Positions 53,233 to 63,907 of a DNA stretch of 64,000 bases are shown here, one piece after another. The notes under the pieces are model-generated. The model did no database searches. It saw only the letters and a program-made list of their open reading frames with translations, and was not told where the DNA came from. Position 1 is the first letter of the stretch, and every line of letters begins with the position of its first letter. The position numbers were made by a program, and so were the translations under genes. This stretch comes from Fimbriosthenelais zetlandica (Eukaryota). The DNA lies in the NCBI GenBank assembly GCA_977030845.1, contig OZ365116.1, forward strand, positions 14,508,001-14,572,000, given 5' to 3'.

Positions 53233-54417
53233 ATGTCAATGAATAGCAGCTTGGAGAGTGAGGATATCTGGGTAAATGGGACATTAAATAATGAGACAAT
53301 CTCAAAAGCTGGGACTAAAGGACCGGACATGCTAATGAGGTTCTTGTGTGATACTGCCATTGCATTTCCAGTATCAGTCCTTGGAACTATTGGCAACATT
53401 CTGGCTCTGATTGTCTTACAAAAGCATAGGCACCGACTCAGTACAACGGTTTTGCTTCAAACCCTGGCAGTGGCTGATACATCAGTTCTTCTAAGCACCA
53501 TCTTACTAAGGTCCATTCGTTACATGTACTACTTCAACGAGGCCCCTTTTTTGAAGCCCTACATGGATGTATATCACTACATCTTCAGATTCCTTTTTCC
53601 CCTGGTATATTTTTTTCGTTTGACAGGGACTTGGATCACTGTGCTTCTTACTATTGACAGATATATAGCAGTGCGATTCCCACTTCATGCACATCGACTC
53701 TGTACAGTCTCACGAGCTTTGCGCAATGTGGCAATTCTGGCCGTTCTCAGCTTACTTTTTACTATACCCCGCTTCTTTGAATACGCCTTGGATTCTTCTC
53801 AATTTGGTTTCAGGCATACGTCACTGTTAAAAAGTCGGACATACACTATTTTCTACCGCATTGTGCTATTCTTTGCCTTCATGTATCTTTTGCCAATGAT
53901 TTTGCTCGTTGTGCTCAATGCCCATTTGTTGATCACACTACGAGTGGCAGAGTCGTACAGAGCCGGAGTAACAGACAACAAGAACATGGCCAAGACTAGC
54001 AGGAGTATTACAGCTACAGTGGTCACTGTGGTTCTCGTTACAATAGTTTGTAACGTATCTGCCATGTTATCTCATCTCCTCTGGTCATTATCTCAGTGCT
54101 TCTCATATTTATCACATCTGGACGAACATCGGAGGTACATGGCTCTCATCAGTAATATATTTGTCACACTTAATTCAGCCATCAACTTTGTCATCTACTG
54201 TTTCTGCTCAAGGAACTTCAGAGCAGTCCTCTTGCAGATGTTTCGCTGCCGAAAAAAGAGCCCAGAAAGAGGGACGTTAGGGAGGACAGACACGGTGTCA
54301 ATGACAGTACCATCAGGGACGGTCACTAACTACATTCCTTTAACAGCGTCCATCAGCAGAAAAGCCAGGGCTGCCAATGGCCTCCAGGATTCCCCAGACA
54401 GTAGGACACACGTATGA
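53233..54417 (+). CDS. Class A GPCR, FMRFamide-receptor-like; single coding exon, 394 aa from the first ATG; paralogue of 10927-12403
   Basis: GN, LAVAD, DRYIAVRFPL, PRFFEY, YLLPM and NSAINFVIY motifs; NGT and NET sequons in the N-terminus. A strong acceptor TTTCTTTTTTCAG| at 53129 is followed by an in-frame TGA (53143-53145), so the first in-frame ATG is 53233. The GTG at 53176 is an ORF-finder start. Confidence 0.95.
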   Translation: MSMNSSLESEDIWVNGTLNNETISKAGTKGPDMLMRFLCDTAIAFPVSVLGTIGNILALIVLQKHRHRLSTTVLLQTLAVADTSVLLSTILLRSIRYMYYFNEAPFLKPYMDVYHYIFRFLFPLVYFFRLTGTWITVLLTIDRYIAVRFPLHAHRLCTVSRALRNVAILAVLSLLFTIPRFFEYALDSSQFGFRHTSLLKSRTYTIFYRIVLFFAFMYLLPMILLVVLNAHLLITLRVAESYRAGVTDNKNMAKTSRSITATVVTVVLVTIVCNVSAMLSHLLWSLSQCFSYLSHLDEHRRYMALISNIFVTLNSAINFVIYCFCSRNFRAVLLQMFRCRKKSPERGTLGRTDTVSMTVPSGTVTNYIPLTASISRKARAANGLQDSPDSRTHV

Positions 54418-55289
54418 ATGATATAATATCATATATAATTGTATATAATACATGAATGTATGAGTACCAGGTAACTCGTTTCATCTCTATATTTTAGAGA
54501 CATATATATGATGAAATTTATCTCGGATTTTTGCCTAAAGTCAACATGTGTATATATCTTGACTATTCCAAAAGAAAACGGTATCAGGGGCAAACACTGC
54601 AGTTAGATGAAATATCATAGAAAGATACACTGTATTGTTCCTAATAATTATAGAATGAACTCGAATAGTATAGCATAGAAGTATACCGTACCAATATAAT
54701 AGTACTGTAATCTAATGTAGGCGTATGTCACATTTCCTCAACCCACTTTTTTACTACTCTATACTCTGGATAATTTACCTTCAGAATAATGCATTAATAT
54801 TCACCGGTATACCCTACATAATCGAGGTACAGGTCTGAGATATAAATGTGGATTTTTACTTGTAGCTCGAAACCATATATGCGCTAGTGATGTCATGCTC
54901 GTTGAGTGTATAAAAAATGACAATGACTGTCTGTGTATATAAGGATAAAACTGTCGTAAAATATTTAAACATTCCATTGTGCAAAGCGTGCACCTGATCG
55001 TCCTGAGTATTCACTCGTTTCATTTTTTGTCTTGTACAAATGGACTGCTGCACTCTACAGTATGGTGCCTTTTATGTGCTCAGGAAGAGGAAATTAAAAT
55101 AAACTCACAAAGGACCGTTAATATTACTCTAAAATCGGAACAAACGATTGAGAGAATGCATCTATAATTCAGTTCTCATTAAGGGTCAGTTGATGCAACT
55201 TGACAACAAGAGACATACAGAGAATCTTGGAACTAGATCGCGATATTCCAGTTTGGTCATTCTACAGGTATATGTATAGGTGGAGGTAG

Positions 55290-55557
55290 CTGGGCTCGCT
55301 CTACCCGATCGCACCGTCGCAATTTGCGAAGAAAAATACTACTTCGCTAAAAGAAAACTGTTATTCGCTAATTTTGCGAAATAAAAATTACACCTAACCG
55401 CGGCAAAATCACACAAATATCAGAGTTGAAGGAAAAAATCTACTAGAAATGTTTCCTTCAAATTGACATCTGCTAACGCCAACTGCAAATTGCTAAGGGA
55501 AATTTGGTGTCTTTAGCACTTTTTGCTGCACATAACTTGGAGCTAGAGTGAGCCTAG
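55290..55557. mobile_element. ~268-bp MITE-like element with short imperfect TIRs
   Basis: CTGGGCTCGCTCTA at 55290 versus the reverse complement of the right end, CTAGGCTCACTCTA (12/14). The A-tract-rich interior is unlike the flanks. TA follows the right end. Confidence 0.5.
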
Positions 55558-56416
55558 TACGGTAGGAACCCATTGGAAACAATTCATTTCATACAATTGG
55601 ACAATTTGTTTGTGTAAAATATGGACATTCAATAAAAAATATACAAGTTATCAACCAAAGGCCTTTCATATATTATAGCCTACCTTTGAATTCTATATAT
55701 ATCAAATTTATACCAGATATTTGAAATCATATTGAAAGATATCATGGGTATTACATATTGTCAACTGAAGTACCGGTAATTAAAACAATTCATTAAAACA
55801 GAATACTTTATAAAATTAAGAACATCAGTGATGAATGGAATGTGTCTAGGAATGGTTGACTCACCTGGATGCAATTGGCTCAGCTCTAAAGGTTCGAGAC
55901 ACGAGAATGAAGAATTTCGTCTTACACCCAGCCTCGTCCTGGGAATGTTTGAAGAAAGAATTGAGAAGGTCTGTGCCATGTCGTTTGATGCTTCAGCTGG
56001 ATGGAATAAAATGAAAATTTAACGGGAGTTCATGATAAAAAAAAAAATAGGCCTAGGCCTAATGTAGGTCTAGGCCTTAGGTGTAAATAAACCTAGGACG
56101 GTTCCATTCGAATGTCTACTCTTGTCATTATTGTTACAATATTAATGTTTAATTTTTATTAATATGCAAGTATATATGGGCTATAGGCCTATCAGTTTTT
56201 AGCGCTTTATAGGCCTACATGTATGGGTACTGCATTAGAAAATCATACTAGACACAAAATGTTCTCATAGGCGAGATAGTACTAGTTCAGTGGCGCCGTG
56301 GTGTGGAGTATAGTTGAAACACAAACAGCAAGGGGAATCATATTAAAAAAAAACCCTGGAATTGATTTATTATTGTCAACTGATGACATTAGGAACAAAA
56401 ACTCTCTACAGCTTTA

Positions 56417-56622
56417 AGCCGGGAATACACTAATCCGATTCCCCTATCCGTCGCCATCCGATACCATATTTCTAATGACATCTAAAGATTGACATTTTGT
56501 CAGTGGTTAGCCTTACCTAGGTGTAAAGGGCTGTTCAAATTGCAAGCATTTGGTGCGAATAGAAATATAGTTTCGGACAGCTATCGGATAGAGAAACGGA
56601 TTAGTGTAGCCTAATCCTGGCT
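56417..56622. mobile_element. PIF/Harbinger-type MITE, 206 bp, TTA target-site duplication
   Basis: Left end AGCCGGGA-ATACACTAATCCGATTCCCCTATCCG; right end reverse complement AGCCAGGA-TTAGGC-TACACTAATCCGTTTCTCTATCCG. TTA lies at 56414-56416 and 56623-56625. A TWA 3-bp TSD is characteristic of PIF/Harbinger. Confidence 0.75.
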
Positions 56623-56819
56623 TTATAATAATTGCTTCCGACAACACGTTTAATTTGGCCAACCCGGCACACACATTCTTGGTGACAGTAGCATAGCGTG
56701 GTTTATATAGGCCCTACGCCTATTTCAAATTAATTTTCACAAATTTGACTTATGAAAACATTGTTTGTATGCCCTACATGAGGAAAACCTACCTTTTATG
56801 AACTATCAGTTGCTGGAGC

Positions 56820-57070
56820 ACTCACCCCACGTGTATCTCGTTCAGCTGGGGATAGTCCTTGTGGTAAATAGACCTCCACTTCCGGTGAACCTCGAGGTGA
56901 CAACTAGGTGTTCAAAGCGTGACGAGGCGGGTCACGTGATGGGAATCCCCCCTGTCTCGCTCATGACGCCCGGTCTTTACAGACGCTGTACTGGAATCAG
57001 GGGGTAACTATCAAAGTCCCCATTCATATAGCGTGGAAGCTAACGGGTGTTATAACAGGTTGTTTTACAG
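56820..57070 (+). promoter_or_regulatory. CpG-rich promoter / 5' UTR of the transgelin-like gene
   Basis: CACGTG at 56828, ETS motif ACTTCCGG at 56878-56885 and GTCACGTGAT (USF/TFE-type E-box) at 56931-56940. A possible 67-nt 5' UTR intron runs 57004-57070 (GG|GTAACT ... TGTTTTACAG|). Confidence 0.6.
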
Positions 57071-57084
57071 GCGAATCAGGAGAT

Positions 57085-60000
57085 ATGTCGATGCGTGCGG
57101 CCAAATCGGGCCTCAACAGAGAAACACAGAATAAGGTAAGACACCAGGTGTTCTGTCACAGTCGTGGCCAACGCTGCTACCGTTTGGCGCTGAAGATGTA
57201 GGCCTAAAGGGTCGGGGTTGAAAGGTTGAGGGCGGTCATTCATGACAGGGGTATAGGGTATAGTGTCAAAGTTGGTTTATGGGTTTTTAGGGTATCTCTG
57301 AGCTAAGTCATCACGCCTCAATGTTATTTTTCCATTGACCAAAAATCATGTAGGCCTAGGCCTAAATGCTAATAAAATTTCTAGCTAGGCCTATAATAGG
57401 CCTATTGATTTGAATCTGTGCATGGAATTTTAAAATGTCTTTTAGATTGAAAAACAATTATTAGCCTATACCAGATATATTATATATCCTGTAGGCCTAT
57501 TTAAAACACCTTATTATTGAAATGTCTCACATTAGCCTAAATCATTTCTAGAAAATATTAAACCCTAGGCCTACAGTAGGGGCTGGCCTAGGTCTATAGC
57601 CTACAGTAGGCCTAAAATCTTTCCCCTGTTCCATTTGATTTTCACTGAAAATTAAGGGATGCAGAGAGACTAGGCCCTGATATAGCTGAGTCAGGGACAA
57701 CTGAACCATCAGTACCTCACCTATTCAGTGGTATACTTATCGCATGACTGCCCCTACCCTTGCTTCATATAGAAGGTGGGTTCCACATGGACAAAAGACA
57801 CCATAAAACTAACTAGGTATTATATTCGGTGTGTATTGTGGGTAGTTGGAGGTAATTTTCTAGAGTAGGCCTTTGGGGTATGTCTATGCCATGCTTCTTT
57901 ACACCGTTGGCAAGGGTTAATAATGTCATCTTCCTCATAAGTTGATATCTATTCCATTAGAATAATGGATTTTTATATAGAATATCATGAATCTCTAAAA
58001 TTTTATTTTTCTTATGGTGCTCAAGTTCTACCCCATTTCCATTGTCAACGCCTCCCTCTCAATCCATATTACCAGAGGGACGAAATGACATCCATATAAT
58101 ACACTATATAAAACACATCACCATAATGATAGAGAAGAGAATTAGACCTATATATATGTACCAGTACACAGTGCCAGCACCCCATCCGACCTACTCCCTT
58201 ACAATTACCATAGATCCTGGAAAATTAAAGGCTCCCTCCCAACCACATACGAGTCTAAATAATCTCATTAATTCGACCGCAGTTGTACACATGCACACAT
58301 TATTATCGCTTAGTTAAATGCCCATAATTGGTGATACTGATTGTTCTATACGACTCAGACTCCAGTACACAAAAGCTTCATGTAGGCCTACTACTTGCTT
58401 GGTACATTGAGAAAATCAATAACCGATGATTTCATTGATTACATTTCCCGAATGGGAAGCGAGTCACTCTTGATGATGAAGGCGTGGTTTATACCGGCCA
58501 TAATGATTCAATCTAGTGATTCAAACGAGTTCCAAACGAGCAGTTTAGAGCTACTCGTTTAGAGCTACTCGCCTCATCATTTGCATAACTGACTTTTAGT
58601 TATGAAAAGGTACATTTGAAAGCCTAGCTACTAAATGAAACAGTCCAAACTTTGCTGTAGCATTTTAACAAATAGTTCAGACCATTTGAGAAACCAGATG
58701 GAGAAAGCATGACATGAGCTGCTCTGAGTCATAGAGAGCGGCTTTCTTCCGCATGAATGATGGTGGTGAGTCCTGTCTCAAACTGTTGTGGTGACGAGCT
58801 GACTTAGTGACCTCTATATAAGAGCATGGTGATGAATGACATGTGTGGTATGTAGGTCAGACGTCAATGACATGTGAGCAACTCAGTAAAGGCTGAGCAA
58901 GGTGGGCGGGAGGAGCATTGTGGCCCGGCCTAAAACCTACCAGATAAGATTAAGTGGTCGCATAAATAATGTATCGCGGGATAGATAGGCTATCCATGAG
59001 AAAATAAATTCCTGAAATAATTTAAAGATAACTTTGTGAGAATTTATCCAGTAAGAGGTCAGGTTATCAATGGCCCCTTGCTTGAGGACAAATTCCTAAT
59101 ATTGCTACTATCAGATATTTCCACAGGCCTATTTTATATTATCTTATAAATGGCACAATTAAAGAAACTATGGTCTATTCAGATTGTATATATTACATTC
59201 TTGACTTGTCAGTTGAAAAATTCCTATATCAAATAGGCCCTAGCCTTCCTAACCTATTTTTTAATACCAAAAATTTAACTCGGGCTTTCATAGCTGTTGA
59301 ACTCACGACGTGGGAAAAGTCAAAGATGTGAGATTTTATGTGAACAGCAATGACAAGCAGATAAATCAGATCTATTCAAGTGTATTCGGTCGGTCGCGCA
59401 TCAGTCCGTGCCTATAGGACTACCATTATTGTTGGAGTAATGCACACTCGAGCAGTCTAGTGTTGTGATTACATGTACACGGTTTCCTCTATCGACCTTT
59501 CATAGGGACACATATATACATGTATATGGGCACTGACATGCACAGAGAAGTTACGGCTCTTGACCACACGCAGGTTTTGGCTCCTTCTCTATCATGTAAT
59601 TCCAACCCGAGAATTTCCTTTAAAATGTCCATTGAAAATTCACCTCACCTCTCTCTAATTCTCTATATGCTCTGACAGATGGTTATCACAGCACTATTAT
59701 TCTGCTGTTTGTATTTTAGGGGTAGCCTAACATTCATCCAAGTGTGACTGATAAATTGGTATACTTCATAATGTTACAGCATTGGCGGCAAATAATCTTT
59801 GTGACCTTTTAAACTAAAAAAAAATCAGAGTAATGGAACTGAAATCTTATCTTTAACTTGAGAAAGGAACAGCACTTAAAATGTCTGACAAACATATTAT
59901 CGTATCGGCCGATTTTTTAACTTGAAATTAACCCGAGGGTCAAATTCTAAAAGCAAAAAAAGCAATGCCCTTTGGTAGCCTAGGTCTTTTCAATTCATTA

Positions 60001-61129
60001 TAGTAATGTTCATTTTGTGTTAATTTTTTGTATGTTTATTTTCAGATAAATAACAAGTTTGAGCAGAATGTGGACCTGGCCTCTCAGTGCCTGGACTGGA
60101 TGCACCACGTGATCAATGGTGGGCTGGATGTTGACGAGGAGCCTATAGACTTTGATACTGATGGCGAGAGTAAGAATTTCTCAGCCGTTCTTCACGATGG
60201 CGTCATTCTGGCCAGGTAGGCTATAGGTCTCATTTAGACGGAGAAATAATTTCATGGAGGGATAATGGAATGGAAAATATATAGACTAGGCCTTAGCTAT
60301 TTTTAAACAAATATGAATTGTTTTAATTTATCAGACATGACTTAATTTTAAACATTAACTTGAACAAAAAAATATAAACTTCATGTATTGGACAATTTTA
60401 TTTATGCCCCCTCAGAAAACATATATTATACACATCTATATAAAACATAAGACCCTCACTGATCCATGGATGCCCGCGATATAATTAACATGAATGAATG
60501 ACTTTACTTTGCAATCTGTTTCTAGGACGATGAATACATTGGTGCCAGGTTCAGTGCCGGCCAAGCTGTGGCGTCGCCGTCCTACCTTCCCCTTCAAACA
60601 GATGGAACTTATTGACATCTTCATCAACAAAGCTAAAGAGTTCGGTGTTCCGGAACACGAGAGTTTCCAGACTTGTGATCTCTATGAGGAGCAGAACCTC
60701 TACCAGGTCCTCCTGTGCTTACAGTCGCTCGGACGGAAGGTAAATTGATTTTAATTAAATTTAATTAAATTTGTTCGCGATTACTGATTAGGGTACTAGT
60801 CGCATGCTTAAATTGACATGATGCATTTCCCAATTTAGTATCAGGAGTCCAATATTTGAATGTATTGTATTAAATATGCATATATTGGTGTTAAAATCAA
60901 TGAAATAAAACATTCTCAACCTCAAATGATTTTTTTCTTTATTTAATTAAAGGCGAAGGCGAGAGGCATGCCAGGGTTTGGTCCTCGCGAGTCTGAAGCG
61001 AAGCCGCGTGAATTCAGCGAGGAGAAACTGCGGGCAGGGCAGTGCGTGATCGGCCTTCAGATGGGAACCAATAAAGGCGCATCTCAATCAGGCATGAACT
61101 TCGGTAAAACCCGCAGCATACTCGACTGA
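57085..61129 (+). CDS. TAGLN: Transgelin/SM22-Mp20-myophilin-like calponin-family actin-binding protein; exons 57085-57135, 60046-60215, 60526-60739, 60953-61129; 203 aa
   Basis: N-terminus MSMRAAKSGLNRETQNK; CH domain (LHDGVILAR...FKQMELI...FQTCDLYEEQNLYQVLLCLQSLGR); single C-terminal calponin repeat IGLQMGTNKGASQSGMNFGKTRSI. All introns are GT-AG with consistent phases 0, 2, 0. The symbol gives the family, not strict orthology. Confidence 0.95.
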
Positions 61130-62490
61130 TGTCTCATATTCATTTAGATGCCTGATAACCACATGGAAATGACACTTGTTACACTTTATTATATAATCAA
61201 CATTTGTGCATCGCTCATTTCATGTTAGATGTAACGGTTGATAAGTTGGATAGGCTGGCACTGCCATATCACATCACGTTTCTTTTCAATTTAAAAATAT
61301 AGAAATCTCAAAGGTGCAATTTAACTTGGACCAAAATATGAAAAGTGATATGTTAGCAAATTTGATGTAAGATTGTGTCAGCCTTTTCCACTGACTAGGG
61401 TTTTAAAGTCCGGTCCAAGAATATTGGAACCGACTGACGTGTTCAAAAGTTGAAAGTTATTGTTGGCCTGAAAATGTATTTATATACATGCTATATAGAG
61501 CAAGCCATGTCAATGTCATTTTTCTTGCATAATGATTTTTTCTCAGCTGTTTCATTTATTCCTGAATGCATCTTTAAAATGATTGAAATCGAATGCTGTG
61601 CTAACATAGCACCATGATGCAATTGAGTTACAATTGCCGAGGGTATGCGTGTGAAGGACGTTTCATATTATATTTAATTAATCACCCAAATAAGGCTTTA
61701 GTTATCACGTGTATGTCAAGTTGTTTAAATATAAAAAATGAATATTAAGCTGTTGATAACTGGTAAGTTTTAAAGTTAATGTCCAAGTTGATATACATGA
61801 GCTTTTTTCCTGGGACTGTTGGATCATTTCCTCAAGAGTTATTGCCATAAAGGGGAACGTCAGTATTAAGGAATACCCTGTTTTGCCAGAAATGAGGGAA
61901 CATTAGTAAAGAGTTAGATTGATTTGTTCTATTTACCCTGTACTGCCTTATTACAGGGACTTCCTAAACATATGGCGCTGAGAAAGTACAAGACTCTCCA
62001 CCAAAATGTTAATTTTAATATCAATTTCCTCGTGACAACTGCACATGTATAATTTGATCATTCCGATTATGGTTTACATTCCGATAGTGGAATGGTGTCC
62101 AAACAACGACATTGTAATTCATCGTCCATTGTTCTTAATCATTAGATTCCCAAAGGCCCCCTAAACGTACTAGTCACAAAACCAGCCACACCTCCACTCC
62201 TATATTAAGGTTTATATGGGAAAGAAGCTATCAGCTGGTATTATGCTCATATTTTGTCTTTGTACTGGAATATTTTATAGGTTGGCAGCAAAAGCTTGTA
62301 TATTATGCTTCCTTGGTTGTTTTGACAAAACTTACACAAGATTGATAGATCAAAAGAAGAGTTTAAGTAGAAGGATTTGCTTCAGATGTGTTCATGCTAA
62401 CTTCTGATAATACTCAAGTTATTGTTTTCTGTTGGAGCAGCTATGTAGGTTGACACGGTACGAAGCTAGTGGATTTCTTTGTATTATCTG

Positions 62491-62543
62491 AATAAATAAA
62501 CTAACTATAAGCAACACCATGCTAACTGTTTTTTACATTTATT
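62491..62543. terminator. Back-to-back poly(A) signals of the convergent transgelin-like and DKC1 genes
   Basis: Plus-strand AATAAATAAA at 62491-62500 and minus-strand AATAAA at 62543-62538. By my scan each is the first canonical hexamer after its gene's stop codon. Confidence 0.6.
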
Positions 62544-62976
62544 CAAGGGACGCATTAAAAGTAACAAACATAAGAAGGCAATTCCTAGCCTAGAATCCCA
62601 CATTTTTATAGTCTTCTAAAAAGATCAGTAAAAAAATGAGAAACATTATATATCTTTCTAATTTAAATGCAGTTATCTCCCGAAGTTTCTATCCACGACA
62701 TCATGGATATTACACATCCCTTATCCGTGTTGTGGCAACGGAATACTTATACTAAATCTTAAGAATTAAGAAAATCTTTATAAAGACAGTCTTCAAAAGT
62801 CATGAACAAAAAAAGGGAGGGAGGACGAAAGCTATAAGACTTGAAACTGAAGGTCATACATTCTGCTGCCAGAACTACATAAAATTTCTCAAGTTCTCTC
62901 CACATTCGTTCACAGAATCGCATGTATAACCTGGGATGGATTATGAATGATAAAGTGATTCGTTATGCAACGTCTA

Positions 62977-63907
62977 TTAGTCGCTGTCCTCTTCCTCCTT
63001 TTCCTTCTTGTGCTTCTTCTTCTTTTTCTTTTTCTTGTCTTTTGGGGTCTGAAAAATATAATTAAAGAAACAATTTATTTTTATTATTAAAAAACAAAAT
63101 TATCAGATATATTATACTACCTTGGTAAAGACAAAAGCATAGATCAGAAACATTTCAATGAAAATCTAGTCTACATTAACTACTAGTGTAGAAGTACAGA
63201 TTCTAAGAATCTCACCTCAGGTTCTTCTTCTTCTTCTTCTTCTTCTTCCGACTGCTCCTTCTTTTTCTTCTTCTTTTTCTTTTCCTTTGACGGCGTTACA
63301 GGTGTGTCACTGTCAGAGCTGCTTGTGTCTGCCTTGCGCTTTAGAGGAAGAAAAAGACATTTGTGATTAGTCGTCTTAAATCGATTCTTACCTCTTGAAA
63401 ATCTATGACATAATATGCACATCTCAATAAGGAACACATAATCTTCATAATTTAGTATACATTGTAGAACTTCTAATATCACTATGATAGTTATAACCAA
63501 AATACCAGTAAGCAACTTACTTTTATAGCTACTGGTGTCGTTTGACCATTGGTTGGCTTTTCCACTTTAACAACCACATCCCCGACTTCTTGTCTGTAAT
63601 AGAATAAAATATCATTCATCAGCGTTTAGAGCGCAATGGATTAAAGCGTTTAGAGCGCAATGGATTTTACGCTATACAAAATAAATTTAGTTGTCTAGAA
63701 TATTGATTGAGATATGAGAGGGATAGCTATGCCTGTAGAGCATTCTGGTAACATATGTCTAAATATTTATATATTATGAATAATCATTTCTACTCACCTT
63801 TTTGCGAAGTCTACATAACTGGAGGTCCAGTTCTGTGGTGTCTTCTCATTTGGTTTTCCAAACTTGTCTAGCTTGCCTTCCTTGATCATAGCCTTCTTCC
63901 TGCTCGC
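62977..63907 (-). CDS. DKC1: Dyskerin (H/ACA snoRNP pseudouridine synthase, Cbf5), last four exons: 63907-63798, ~63587-63521, 63338-63216, 63048-62977; 5' part lies beyond the window
   Basis: [34 protein letters not shown] matches the conserved dyskerin segment after the PUA domain (human [34 protein letters not shown], from memory). It is followed by a KRK motif and Lys/Glu-rich tail ending TAA TAG. The acceptor of the second exon is ambiguous (see findings). Confidence 0.93.
63621..63666. repeat. 24-bp-period tandem duplication inside a DKC1 intron
   Basis: AGCGTTTAGAGCGCAATGGATT occurs twice, at 63621 and 63645. Confidence 0.9.

Noticed and set aside
56000-57700. SRF CArG boxes expected for a muscle transgelin gene
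   Set aside because: Only imperfect matches were found (CCTTTTATGA near 56790, CCTATAATAGG near 57390); no CC(A/T)6GG.
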